64,000 nt of DNA from Marine Group I thaumarchaeote (GTDB lineage: Archaea; Thermoproteota; Nitrososphaeria; Nitrososphaerales; Nitrosopumilaceae), in assembly GCA_044358425.1 (NCBI GenBank), contig CP054849.1, positions 1,097,302-1,161,301 of the forward strand, given 5' to 3'. This document shows, in pieces, positions 39,716 through 49,485 of this stretch; positions within the stretch are counted from its first letter, which is position 1; each line of letters starts with the position of its first letter. A program made the translations under genes and the position numbers. Under the pieces are notes generated by a model that saw nothing but the letters and a program-made list of their open reading frames with translations, did not search any database and was not told the DNA's origin.

Positions 39716-40432
39716 CTAAGCGCTAATTTTATTCCGTCCGCCTTTTGCAGTTCTAAAAACATTCATTCCAATATAGTAATTTTCATGTATTGATTCTAAG
39801 TAAGTAATTTCATTTTCTGTTGCAAGAATTTCTTTTTCTGTAGATTCAGGATCACTTTTTTGTTTTACAAGTTTAGCTTTTAATTCATCCAAGAAAGAAT
39901 CTACACCGCGTTCATAATTTGATACTCCGCCAAACTCAGGACTAAGAACATGTTGTGGATTGTATGCAGGAGTTTGATCATGAGGAGTTTCAGCTTTTCT
40001 TGTAATAGATTCTTGTTCATCTGCTGAAAGAATAGGTCTTGGAAATCTATCTTCTTTTTCTAACCAAAATTCAGGTTCACCCATGTCTCTTCTAAAAATT
40101 TCTTCACCTTGACGTTTGAATGTATAATCAACTTTTTTGCCAGTATCTGCTTTTACTTCTGCAGCGATTGCCTTGTATTCTTCATCTGCTGCAGCTTCCA
40201 ATTTTGCTCTTGCAGCTTCTGCTTTTTCAAGAGCTTCTTGAACTGCAGCTTCTGCATCAGCAACTGCTTTTGCTTCTGCTTCCACTCTAGCTGCTGCTTC
40301 TTGAGCAGCTTTTGATTCTGCTTCTGCTTTTGCTTCTGCTGCTTTTTTTATTTCCTCAGCAGATGGTTCTTCGGATTTAGTCTCTTCAGTTGTTTTTGCC
40401 TCAACTTCAGATTCTTTTTTCTCTTCAGACAA
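39716..40432 (-). CDS. Hypothetical protein with Glu/Ala/Lys-rich helical N-terminus
   Basis: AEAKA-type low complexity followed by a complex C-terminal region; TTG start; 15 bp upstream of the hemA-like gene. Confidence 0.75.
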   Translation of the reverse strand: MSEEKKESEVEAKTTEETKSEEPSAEEIKKAAEAKAEAESKAAQEAAARVEAEAKAVADAEAAVQEALEKAEAARAKLEAAADEEYKAIAAEVKADTGKKVDYTFKRQGEEIFRRDMGEPEFWLEKEDRFPRPILSADEQESITRKAETPHDQTPAYNPQHVLSPEFGGVSNYERGVDSFLDELKAKLVKQKSDPESTEKEILATENEITYLESIHENYYIGMNVFRTAKGGRNKISA

Positions 40433-40543
40433 TAAATTTCCCTAAAATTCCCTGAATTTTAAGATTCTTGTAACAAAATTTGATGCCAAAATTGGAAATG
40501 AAAATGATATTGATCGCAATAATAAATAAAATAATTAAAATTA

Positions 40544-40621
40544 TGGCGCCCTCGGCGGGATTTGAACACGCGTCTCAGCCGTGACAGGGCCGAATTCTAG
40601 ACCGGGCTATACTACAAGGGC
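40544..40621 (-). tRNA. tRNA-Asp(GTC) with encoded CCA
   Basis: GCCCTTG...CGGCC-CTGTCAC-GGCTG...GTTCAAATC...CGAGGGC-G-CCA. Confidence 0.95.
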
Positions 40622-40717
40622 ACAAGTTGTATGAGACAAAATCCTAGATTAAAAGTTTCTGCCATACTTGTATAGTTTCTAAAAGACTAAATTATACGCA
40701 AAAATGATTTTTTGTGT

Positions 40718-40791
40718 GGGTCTATGGCGCAGCCAGGTAGCGCACCGGACTTTTAATCCGGTTGTCGAGGGTCCGAATCCCTCTAGACCCG
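40718..40791 (+). tRNA. tRNA-Lys(TTT)
   Basis: GGGTCTA...CCGGA-CTTTTAA-TCCGG...TAGACCC-G. Confidence 0.95.
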
Positions 40792-40804
40792 CTATTTTTG
40801 ATTA

Positions 40805-42265
40805 TCAAAGGATGTCATCGATTGATTTTTGAAGATCATTTAATGATGATTTAATTTTATTTTCTCTTTCAGACATTTCTAATCTCCAACTATTGATTTT
40901 TTCAGTTCGATCAGAAATCATTCTTTTTTGTTCATCATATCCTGAAGAACCAAATGATTTTCGGTCTTTCAAGGATGATATAACACTAGTATTGGAAATT
41001 ATCTCAGATACTAATTTAGTATCAACTTTAGTTCCTTCTACTGATTTTTTAATTTCAGGTGTAGTTAATTTTGAAATAGGTTTTTTGGAATTATGTGCTA
41101 GTTGAACTAAGACACCTGCAATTTTATGAGTTACTCTAAATGGTACTCCTTCTTGTACTAATTTTTCAGCAATATCTAATGCAATTAAATTACTAGATTC
41201 AGTTACTTTTTTCATTTGTTTTTCATTTACTTTCATTGTAAGAATTATTGATTTTATAATCAGTAATGCACTAATGGAAATTTTTGATGTTGACCAAATG
41301 GATGATTTGATTTGTTGTAAATCACGTCCATAACCAGAAGCTAGACCTTTTACGGTAGTTAAAATTGCAGTAAGATTTCCAATTATTTCTGCAGTTTTAC
41401 CTCTAGTAAGTTCAAGTATATCAGGATTCTTTTTTTGAGGCATTACACTTGAAGGTGATGTAAACTCATCAGATAATTCAATAAATGAAAATTCAGATGT
41501 TGACCAAATTATAAAATCTTCAGAAATTCTACTTAGATTAGTCATTAAAATTGAAACCATTGCAACATACTCTGCTACAAAATCACGTGTACTTGTTGCA
41601 TCAAGTGAATTTTCAACAACACCATCAAAACCCAACATTTTTGCAGTACTATGTCTATCAATTGTAATACTTGTACCTCCAACAGGTCCAGCTCCAAGTG
41701 GGCTTTGATTAATTCGTTCAAAAGTATCAAACAGTCTTTGAAAATCTCGAGATAAAATATCTGCTTGAGCTAAAAGATAATGTGAAAATAAACCAGCTTG
41801 AGCTTGTTGAAGATGTGTATAAAATGGAATAATTGTTTTTTGATGATTTTTTGAAACAGATACAAGTGATTCTATAGTATCTAAAAGACAATTACAAATT
41901 ATGTTAATGTCATCTCGAATTTTCATTCTTATATCTAGAACAACTTGATCATTTCTAGATCTTGCAGTATGCATTTTTCCGCCGCTTGCCATACCTGATT
42001 TTTTTATTACTAGAGATTCAATTAACTCATGAATATCTTCTGCTCCAGATGAAGAATCAAATTTTTCATTTTTCAAATTTTCTAACGAGGATAGAATTTT
42101 TTTTGCATCGTTTTTGGTAATAATTTTATTTTCTAACAGCATTACTGTATGTGCCTGACTACCAATAATATCATACAAAGCGATTTGAGAATCATCATCT
42201 ATTGATGAAACGTAATCTAAAGTGATATTACTCAAATCAGTCCCTAATCGTGAACGATACATCAA
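40805..42265 (-). CDS. argH: Argininosuccinate lyase
   Basis: MHTARSRNDQV, YTHLQQAQ, SSVMPQKKNPD. Confidence 0.97.
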   Translation of the reverse strand: MMYRSRLGTDLSNITLDYVSSIDDDSQIALYDIIGSQAHTVMLLENKIITKNDAKKILSSLENLKNEKFDSSSGAEDIHELIESLVIKKSGMASGGKMHTARSRNDQVVLDIRMKIRDDINIICNCLLDTIESLVSVSKNHQKTIIPFYTHLQQAQAGLFSHYLLAQADILSRDFQRLFDTFERINQSPLGAGPVGGTSITIDRHSTAKMLGFDGVVENSLDATSTRDFVAEYVAMVSILMTNLSRISEDFIIWSTSEFSFIELSDEFTSPSSVMPQKKNPDILELTRGKTAEIIGNLTAILTTVKGLASGYGRDLQQIKSSIWSTSKISISALLIIKSIILTMKVNEKQMKKVTESSNLIALDIAEKLVQEGVPFRVTHKIAGVLVQLAHNSKKPISKLTTPEIKKSVEGTKVDTKLVSEIISNTSVISSLKDRKSFGSSGYDEQKRMISDRTEKINSWRLEMSERENKIKSSLNDLQKSIDDIL

Positions 42266-42310
42266 CTAAGATTGTAAAATGGTTATATATAGCATAAATG
42301 TTTTTTCGAC

Positions 42311-42655
42311 ATGAGCCAAGATATCAAATTACTTAGGGTCAAAATTTTTGATGAATTATCAAAGATTGTAGATCCAGAAATCAACACATCCATTGTGGAA
42401 TTAGAACTAATTGATGAAGTAGACATCAATGACAGTAACGTCAAAGTAGATTTGCATCTAACTAGTCCATTTTGTCCAGCAGTTTTTGGTTTCAAAATTT
42501 GTCAAGATGTTCATGATTATCTTTTGAAGGTAGATGGTGTAGAAGATGTCAAAGTAAATGTATCAAATCATTTCATGGCAGAACAAATCAACAATCAAGT
42601 AAACAATAGTCCTAATCCAAATAAGATAAATGAACTTCCAAAAAAAACAGATTAA
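42311..42655 (+). CDS. DUF59/MIP18 (SufT-like) Fe-S assembly protein
   Basis: IVDPEINTSIVELELI, LTSPFCP. Confidence 0.9.
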   Translation: MSQDIKLLRVKIFDELSKIVDPEINTSIVELELIDEVDINDSNVKVDLHLTSPFCPAVFGFKICQDVHDYLLKVDGVEDVKVNVSNHFMAEQINNQVNNSPNPNKINELPKKTD

Positions 42656-43419
42656 CTTCTAAATCCTAACAAATATCCTCTAAGGAATTGAATTCCCATT
42701 GCTGGATCAACACCTTTTGGACATACTTGACTACATGAACCAGCAAAATGACATCTCCAAATTCCATGGGATTCATCAATAATGTCTAATCTACTATCTT
42801 TTCCTTTATCTCTACTATCAGCAACATATCGATAAGCTTGTGCTAATGCTTGAGGCCCTACAAATGAAGAATCAGTAGTCATAGTTGGACATGCAGAATT
42901 ACATAATCCACATTTAATGCAATTTGCAAATTGGATGAAATTTTCTAATTCTTCAGGAGATTGTAAGAACTCTTTTTCGTTTGATTCTAACTCAGTATCG
43001 TCACGGATTAGATAAGGTTGAATTTTATGATGTGTGTCAAACAATCGTTCAAACTTTACTGCCAAATCACGGATTACTGGAAAATTATTCATTGGCTCTA
43101 CAGTTACAACATCAGAATCCAATTCACTGATTTTTGTAAAGCATGCTAATCTAGGTTTTCCATTAATCAACATACCACAAGATCCACATGTAGCTTGTCT
43201 ACAAGAATAACGAACAGCTACTGAATGATCATGATGCTTTTTGACATCAAGAATTGCTTCTAGTACTGTTGTCCATTTTTCATAAGATACGTTGAATTCC
43301 ATAAATTTATTTGAATCATCAGATTCAGGATTAAATCTAGAAATTCTTAGCAAGATTGTTTTTGTTGTAGATAATGCATTAGGTACTTGTTCATCTGCAA
43401 CACTAGAGACTTGAGCCAT
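42652..43419 (-). CDS. sdhB: Succinate dehydrogenase Fe-S subunit
   Basis: SCRQATCGSC, CIKCGLCNSACP, CHFAGSCSQVCP. Confidence 0.95.
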   Translation of the reverse strand: MAQVSSVADEQVPNALSTTKTILLRISRFNPESDDSNKFMEFNVSYEKWTTVLEAILDVKKHHDHSVAVRYSCRQATCGSCGMLINGKPRLACFTKISELDSDVVTVEPMNNFPVIRDLAVKFERLFDTHHKIQPYLIRDDTELESNEKEFLQSPEELENFIQFANCIKCGLCNSACPTMTTDSSFVGPQALAQAYRYVADSRDKGKDSRLDIIDESHGIWRCHFAGSCSQVCPKGVDPAMGIQFLRGYLLGFRS

Positions 43420-43421
43420 AT

Positions 43422-43778
43422 CTAAGACATCCCCATATTTGTCATAATTATTGTTCTTGAGCCATATCCAATTAATGCAATCATTCCTATTACAACACCA
43501 TACGAAACAGCCTTTTCATAAACCCTGCCTTGTTTTAGTTCTAGTAAAATAACTCTTAATCCATTAAAACCATGTACTGCTAGTAGAATCAAAATCAATT
43601 CAAGCATTATGACATATGGAATTGATCGATAATTTGCTAATACATTTTCATAAGATAAAGAGTCTGAAAATCCTGTTGTTAGACGCATCAAAATGTGAAC
43701 TGCAACTAATCCCACAGATGCTAAAGCAGTCCCATAGTGAATTTTCATTATTGTACTTTCTTTCATTTTATTCACCAA
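43422..43778 (-). CDS. sdhD: Succinate dehydrogenase small membrane anchor
   Basis: Three TM helices, HGFNGLRVILLE. Confidence 0.85.
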   Translation of the reverse strand: MVNKMKESTIMKIHYGTALASVGLVAVHILMRLTTGFSDSLSYENVLANYRSIPYVIMLELILILLAVHGFNGLRVILLELKQGRVYEKAVSYGVVIGMIALIGYGSRTIIMTNMGMS

Positions 43779-44199
43779 ACATTACTGCCATACCATACAT
43801 CATTGCAACTGCTGCAAGAACGATGGAAGAGTAAATTCCTATTTTATGTCGATAATTTTGAGATGCAGGGTCATATGGATAATCTGGTCTGGCAGGCTTT
43901 CCCACACCAACTCCACCATGTCCCAACATAATTCTAATTCCATTTCCAGTATGAAAAACACACATTCCAATTACAAGAACTAGAAATAGATGTCCTTCTG
44001 TGGTTTGAGTCATTGCTAGAAAATCATCCCAACCCATTCGACCTCGTAAAATATTACTTGTTTCATAAACATGTGCAATAAAGTACCCTAACAATCCTAG
44101 TCCCGTTAAACGCATTAACAAATATGCTATTCTTTCAATTCCATAACGACCAGGATTGGCCATTCCCTTAATGCCTTCTTTATTTTCATCTTGAGTCAT
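43768..44199 (-). CDS. sdhC: Succinate dehydrogenase cytochrome b subunit
   Basis: RLTG, FHTGNGIR. Confidence 0.88.
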   Translation of the reverse strand: MTQDENKEGIKGMANPGRYGIERIAYLLMRLTGLGLLGYFIAHVYETSNILRGRMGWDDFLAMTQTTEGHLFLVLVIGMCVFHTGNGIRIMLGHGGVGVGKPARPDYPYDPASQNYRHKIGIYSSIVLAAVAMMYGMAVMFGE

Positions 44200-45912
44200 C
44201 TAGTATTTTCTCTCCACTGGTTTGTATTTAGTAATTGTTACAGGATGTTTTTTCATTATTGGTTCATTTGGATCGTAATAAGCAAGTGTATGATATAAGA
44301 AATTTTCATCATCACGTTTAGGATAATCAGTTCTTGAATGTGCACCACGAGATTCTTTACGATTAATGGCACCAACTAAAAGAACTTCAGCGACTCTAAA
44401 CATAGAATCAAGTTCCATGACATTTGCAAAATTAGTATTGTATTCTTTTGCTTTATCATCAACATGCTTCCAAGCTAATTTCTTTAATTCACGTATTTTC
44501 TTTAGACCATCAACCAAGTCAGTTTCATTTCTATAGACATATGCTTTATCATTCAAAGTATCTGTAAGTTCTTGTCTTATTTCATATGGATTTACATCTC
44601 CATTTCCTCTAAATATTCCATCATAGATTCGCTTCTCTTCTGCTGCAACTAAATGATGAGGCCATTGATCACTATTGTTATTATTCATGGCATATTCAGC
44701 TGCCAATGCACCAGTGATATTTCCCCAAACAATACATTCGGATGTTGAATTTGCACCTAAACGATTTGAGCCATGAACACTGTTACAAGCCACCTCACCT
44801 GCTGCCCAGACACCTTGAATCTCAGTTGCACCATCAATATCAGTATGCAATCCACCCATCATGTAATGGCAAACTGGCCTAATGTCAAGCAAATCCTTTG
44901 CAGGATCTATTCCTGAAAATTTAATTGATATTTCTCTAATTCCACCTAATTTTTCTTTGATTTTTTCATCACCAAGATGTCTCAAATCAAGTTTCATACA
45001 ATCAGGTCCAGTTTCATGTTTAAATCCACGACCTTCTTGAATTTCTGTCATAATTGATCTTGATACTATATCACGAGGAGCTAATTCCATTTTTCCTGCA
45101 GCGTAAGTTTTCATAAATCTCTCGCCTTGACTGTTAAGCAAATATCCACCTTCACCTCTTGCACCTTCAGTAATCAATATTCCAGAAGGTAAAATTCCAG
45201 TTGGATGGAATTGTACAAACTCCATATCCTTTAATGCCATACCTGCACGGTATCCCATATCTAATCCGTCAGGAGTTGAAGAAAGTGCATACGTTGAAAA
45301 ACTATACAAACGTCCAGCACCACCAGTTGCAATGATTAGTGCTTTACCTTTAATGGTGTAAAAATTTCCAGAACCTAATTCAATTGCAGTAACTCCCATG
45401 AATTTTTTTCCATCATGAATAATTGATGTTACAAACCATTCGTTTAGATATTCAATGTTATCATATTTCTGACATGTATCATACAGAGTTTGCATTTCAA
45501 AGAAACCAACTTTATCAGATGCATATGTTGCTCTAGGAAAACTATAACCACCAAAATTTCTTTGATCAATTCTACCATCATCTCTTCTAGACCAAGGCAT
45601 TCCCCAATGATCTAATTGACGAATTTGTTGGGGCATTTCAACACAAAGACGTTCTGCAACATCTTGGTCTGCAAGAAAGTCACTTCCTTTAACAGTATCA
45701 TAAACATGAGATTCAATTGTATCACCTTCATCTTCAAAAAGAACTGCAGCAGTTCCACCTTCTGCAGAAACAGAATGAGAACGCATTACCTGAACTTTAG
45801 AAACAACCCCAATCTTGAGATTTGGGCCTTTCTTTGCAGCTGAAATTGCAGCTCTTAATCCTGCAAGACCAGAACCACAAATGATAAGATCAAAATCTAA
45901 TGAATTAGCCAT
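44200..45912 (-). CDS. sdhA: Succinate dehydrogenase flavoprotein
   Basis: GSGLAG, RSHSVSAEGG (covalent FAD His), QFHPTG, HGSNRLGANS. Confidence 0.96.
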   Translation of the reverse strand: MANSLDFDLIICGSGLAGLRAAISAAKKGPNLKIGVVSKVQVMRSHSVSAEGGTAAVLFEDEGDTIESHVYDTVKGSDFLADQDVAERLCVEMPQQIRQLDHWGMPWSRRDDGRIDQRNFGGYSFPRATYASDKVGFFEMQTLYDTCQKYDNIEYLNEWFVTSIIHDGKKFMGVTAIELGSGNFYTIKGKALIIATGGAGRLYSFSTYALSSTPDGLDMGYRAGMALKDMEFVQFHPTGILPSGILITEGARGEGGYLLNSQGERFMKTYAAGKMELAPRDIVSRSIMTEIQEGRGFKHETGPDCMKLDLRHLGDEKIKEKLGGIREISIKFSGIDPAKDLLDIRPVCHYMMGGLHTDIDGATEIQGVWAAGEVACNSVHGSNRLGANSTSECIVWGNITGALAAEYAMNNNNSDQWPHHLVAAEEKRIYDGIFRGNGDVNPYEIRQELTDTLNDKAYVYRNETDLVDGLKKIRELKKLAWKHVDDKAKEYNTNFANVMELDSMFRVAEVLLVGAINRKESRGAHSRTDYPKRDDENFLYHTLAYYDPNEPIMKKHPVTITKYKPVERKY

Positions 45913-45984
45913 TTTTAATACAAAAATAGTATTTTTTGGGTTAAATATGAAGTATTGTTCAACAGTATACAGAAATATTAAAAT

Positions 45985-46010
45985 ATATCACTAGCGATAT
46001 CACTAGTGAT
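45985..46010. promoter_or_regulatory. Tandem palindromic operator overlapping the padR start
   Basis: ATATCACTAG-CG-ATATCACTAG-TGAT: a 12-bp period repeat containing the perfect palindrome ATCACTAGTGAT. Confidence 0.65.
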
Positions 46011-46518
46011 GATTTCAGAGTGGTTTCAAAGAGTAGGAAGTTCCATACCAAGAGGATTTTCAAGATATTTCATTTTGGAATTATTAAAAGAAAAAACATA
46101 CACAGGAAAAGAAATTATTGATTATGCAGTTGAACAAAGTAATGGGATTTGGAAACCATCTCCAGGATTAATCTATCCATTATTAGGTAGATTACTAGAT
46201 GAAAAATTAATTGAAGAGACAAAAGATGGTAGATATCAATTAACAAAATATGGTTTAGATACAGCACAGGATGTAGATAAAATCAATGATATTGTTAAAA
46301 ATCAATTAGATGTTCTTTTTAGATTAGGAAACGCGGGAAGATTTGTCGCATTAGATTTACTAGAAAAAATTTCATCAATGGGTTCGATTTTAAGTTCAAA
46401 CTTGACAAATATGACAGATGAAGAAACTAAGAGGTACAGAGAATTTCTTCAAAACGAATTAAATAAAATGGATGGAAAAAAAGTAAAGAAAAATGGTAAA
46501 GAAATCAAAATAGAATAA
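46006..46518 (+). CDS. PadR family transcriptional regulator
   Basis: ILELL..TGKEI..WKPSPGLIYPLLGRL..YQLTKYG. Confidence 0.92.
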   Translation: MMISEWFQRVGSSIPRGFSRYFILELLKEKTYTGKEIIDYAVEQSNGIWKPSPGLIYPLLGRLLDEKLIEETKDGRYQLTKYGLDTAQDVDKINDIVKNQLDVLFRLGNAGRFVALDLLEKISSMGSILSSNLTNMTDEETKRYREFLQNELNKMDGKKVKKNGKEIKIE

Positions 46519-46565
46519 TTAATCTAAAATTAAAATCATAAATAATTCAAAAAAATTAGAAACTT

Positions 46566-47432
46566 ATGAAAAAATTATCCAGTATGATTAAATCAAAAAA
46601 ACCTCTTGTAATTCCAGGAGTATATGATGCCATTGGAGCCAAAATTGCAGAAAAAGTGGGATTCAATGCAATGTTTCAAACTGGATATGGAACTTCAGCA
46701 ACATTGTTTGGAATGCCAGATTATGGATTTATCGGAGCAACAGAAACAGTAGATAATGCAAGGAGAATCTCAAATGCAATTTCAGTACCACTAATTGTTG
46801 ATTCAGATACAGGTTACGGAAATGCATTAAGTGTTTGGAAATTAGTTAAAGAATTAGAGGCTGCAGGGGCTGCAGGAATTTTTCTTGAGGATCAAAAATG
46901 GCCTAAAAGGTGTGGTCATATGCAAGGAAAAGATGTAATATCACAAGAAGAATATACAGAAAAACTTGGTGCAGCAATTGATGCACGTGAAAACAAAGAT
47001 TTCATTATTGTAGCTAGAACAGATTCAAGAGCAACTGAAGGATTAGATAAAGCAATTGAAAGAGGACTACAAAATAAAAAAACAGGTGCGGATGCTGTAT
47101 TTATTGAAGCACCAAAATCATTAGATGAAATGAAAAGAATTGGAAAAGAAATCAAAGCACCATTAGTTGCAAATATGATTGAAGGTGGTGCAACTCCAAT
47201 TAATTCAGCTGAAACTCTGAGTAAAATTGGATTCAACATTATTCTTTACCCACTATCTGTATTATTTGCAAATACTTTTGCAACAATGAATATTTTACAA
47301 GAATTAAAAAATACAGGAACTACTTCAAAATACAAACAAAAAGTAGTAAATTTTGATCAGTTCAATAATTTAGTTGAATTAGATAAATTCAAAAAAATGG
47401 AAACAAAGTACAAATTTTCAAAAAGAAAATAA
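46566..47432 (+). CDS. Isocitrate lyase/PEP mutase superfamily enzyme (PrpB-like)
   Basis: DSDTGYGN, LEDQKWPKRCGHM, IVARTD, ANMIEGG. Confidence 0.88.
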   Translation: MKKLSSMIKSKKPLVIPGVYDAIGAKIAEKVGFNAMFQTGYGTSATLFGMPDYGFIGATETVDNARRISNAISVPLIVDSDTGYGNALSVWKLVKELEAAGAAGIFLEDQKWPKRCGHMQGKDVISQEEYTEKLGAAIDARENKDFIIVARTDSRATEGLDKAIERGLQNKKTGADAVFIEAPKSLDEMKRIGKEIKAPLVANMIEGGATPINSAETLSKIGFNIILYPLSVLFANTFATMNILQELKNTGTTSKYKQKVVNFDQFNNLVELDKFKKMETKYKFSKRK

Positions 47433-47453
47433 AAAATTTTAAGTAAAGTACGA

Positions 47454-47741
47454 TTAAGATTCGTTTCTCTTTACTTCAATTTCTATTGTTGAAACATTTC
47501 GGGTTCTACCATCTTCAGATTCTAATGATTCTGAATCAATTTTGATATTTCCAATGGAATATCCGGCATTTTCAGTTTTTCGTGCAACAATTTGTGCTAC
47601 ATCTACTGCACGACCTATACTAAGTCCCCGAGCTTTGATGTTTACGGATGGTACATTTGCTAATTGAATTAGCGTCGATGTTACATATGCCATCAATGGT
47701 TTTTTACCAATGAATATGGTGTCTCTTGTTTCAGTGGACAT
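47454..47741 (-). CDS. albA: Alba DNA/RNA-binding protein
   Basis: IFIGKKPLMAYV, IKARGLSIGRAVDVA, NVSTIEI. Confidence 0.95.
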   Translation of the reverse strand: MSTETRDTIFIGKKPLMAYVTSTLIQLANVPSVNIKARGLSIGRAVDVAQIVARKTENAGYSIGNIKIDSESLESEDGRTRNVSTIEIEVKRNES

Positions 47742-47852
47742 GGATAATATAGTATTTAACGATAATTTAAAGTTAAAATGAATTTTATATTAAAATTACA
47801 AAAAATTGAAAAAATCTAGGATTATTAACTTCAAAATGTAATTTAACATAAG

Positions 47853-48389
47853 TTGGAAAATATTTTAAGAATCTTAGAGACAGGGCAAAGTCAAAAAAAA
47901 ATTGAAATTTTAGAAACGCTACATGATACAAATGATTTAAAAATATTACAACAAATTATTTCAAGATTAAATGACGATAGCATAGAAGTTAGGGGTGAAG
48001 CATTTAATGCACTTGTATTAAATCAAAATGAAATCTCAAAAATTTTAATTAAAAATCTTAATTCTACGAATAAAAACATCAAGGCTTTTACATCACTAGT
48101 ATTAGCAAACAGAAATGATAAAAATGCAATTCCAGAAATTATCAAAATAGTAAATGATGAACATGAAAGAGTAAGATCTTGTGCGATTGGGGCTTTAGGA
48201 TATCTAAAAGCAGAAAACATTTCAGAAATTGTTCTAAAATTAATTTCAGATTCTAGTTTAGAAGTACAAATTAGTTCATTAAATACTGCAATTCAAACAA
48301 AAATTTCAATTCCTGAACAAAAAATTAAAGAAATATCAAAAAATAATGATGTTCAAATAAAAAACCTATTATTGAAATTAAAAAAATAA
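47853..48389 (+). CDS. HEAT-repeat protein
   Basis: Repeated LND.S.EVR.EA..AL and VNDEHERVRSCAIGALG units. Confidence 0.8.
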   Translation: MENILRILETGQSQKKIEILETLHDTNDLKILQQIISRLNDDSIEVRGEAFNALVLNQNEISKILIKNLNSTNKNIKAFTSLVLANRNDKNAIPEIIKIVNDEHERVRSCAIGALGYLKAENISEIVLKLISDSSLEVQISSLNTAIQTKISIPEQKIKEISKNNDVQIKNLLLKLKK

Positions 48390-48390
48390 G

Positions 48391-48464
48391 TGGACCGAAA
48401 GGGATTTGAACCCTTGATCCGATGCATGCCATGCACCTATCCTACCAGACTAGACGACCGGCCC
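48391..48464 (-). tRNA. tRNA-Ala(GGC)
   Basis: GGGCCGG acceptor with G3-U70; GGTGC-ATGGCAT-GCATC anticodon arm (A32-U38). Confidence 0.95.
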
Positions 48465-48587
48465 AATAATCAGAATACTGATTGAATAATATTTTTTAAA
48501 TTGGTTATTAACGTTTAGCGATTAATTATAAGAAAAAATTGAAACTAGCACAATATATTTAAGATTCAAGATGATGGATTTATTATC

Positions 48588-49433
48588 ATGGTAGTAGACA
48601 ATAAAGCAACTGTCACTTATGTTCAATTATTAAAAGAAGATCTTCTTGTAATGAGAATTGTACCAAAAGACGGTCCAGTTCCAGATTATGAAGCAGGTCA
48701 ATTTCTCACACTAGGTTTAGCAAATCCATTAGATAATGGGAAAATTGTCAGAAGAGCATATTCAATAGCATCACATCCTGAAAACAAAGAGTATATTGAA
48801 TTTGTAATTAGATGGGTTAGAAAACCACTTCCAGGTAGATTAACTACTCAATTATTTAATGTAAAAGAAGGAGATGAAATTCTTTGGTTAAAACCAGCAG
48901 GTAAGGCATTAGGAATCAGTCAAGAATTACCAAGTGGTGAAAAAGACACAAGAAGAATTGTATGCATTGGTGGTGGAACTGGACTGGCACCATTTGTCAG
49001 TTTTGCACAGCATCTTCATGACACCAACGACAAAAGAGAGATCGTTGTTTTGCATGGCGCAAGTTATGTTGATGAGTTAAGTTACAAAGATTTGCTAACA
49101 GGTTTAGAAAACGAAAGTATTGAACGAGGTAAAGATGAATGGAATTTCAAATACAGTGCAGCAATCAGTAGACCACAAGAATGGTTTAACAGAAGTTGGG
49201 CAGGTCAAGTTGGCAGAGTTGAAACATTTCTAAGACCTAGAGATAATGGATTATCACCTTTAGAAGAATTAGTTGGAGGAAAAATTACCAAAGAAAATAC
49301 AATTTTCTATGTTTGTGGTTGGCAAGGAACAATTGATGGGGTAATGGACTTCTTAAATCCAAAGGGATTCGTTACAGAGCACGATAAACGTGAAGACGGA
49401 AGCTTTGAAGTAAAGTATGAATCATACGGATAG
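48588..49433 (+). CDS. fpr: Ferredoxin-NADP+ reductase, paralog 2
   Basis: Same motifs as 37540-38382 (RRAYSIAS, GGGTGLAPF, YVCG, ESYG). Confidence 0.88.
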   Translation: MVVDNKATVTYVQLLKEDLLVMRIVPKDGPVPDYEAGQFLTLGLANPLDNGKIVRRAYSIASHPENKEYIEFVIRWVRKPLPGRLTTQLFNVKEGDEILWLKPAGKALGISQELPSGEKDTRRIVCIGGGTGLAPFVSFAQHLHDTNDKREIVVLHGASYVDELSYKDLLTGLENESIERGKDEWNFKYSAAISRPQEWFNRSWAGQVGRVETFLRPRDNGLSPLEELVGGKITKENTIFYVCGWQGTIDGVMDFLNPKGFVTEHDKREDGSFEVKYESYG

Positions 49434-49485
49434 AAATTAGTTAAAAATTAATCATTGAAATATGAGAATTAATTAGAAATCATAA

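Noticed and set aside
40170-40420. GCTTCT/GCTTTT-rich quasi-repeats
   Set aside because: Ala/Glu/Lys codons of a helical protein region, not a DNA repeat array or CRISPR.
40443-40461. Inverted repeat TAAAATTC-CCT-GAATTTTA upstream of the hemA-like operon
   Set aside because: Low-complexity arms overlapping the TATA region; not enough support alone.
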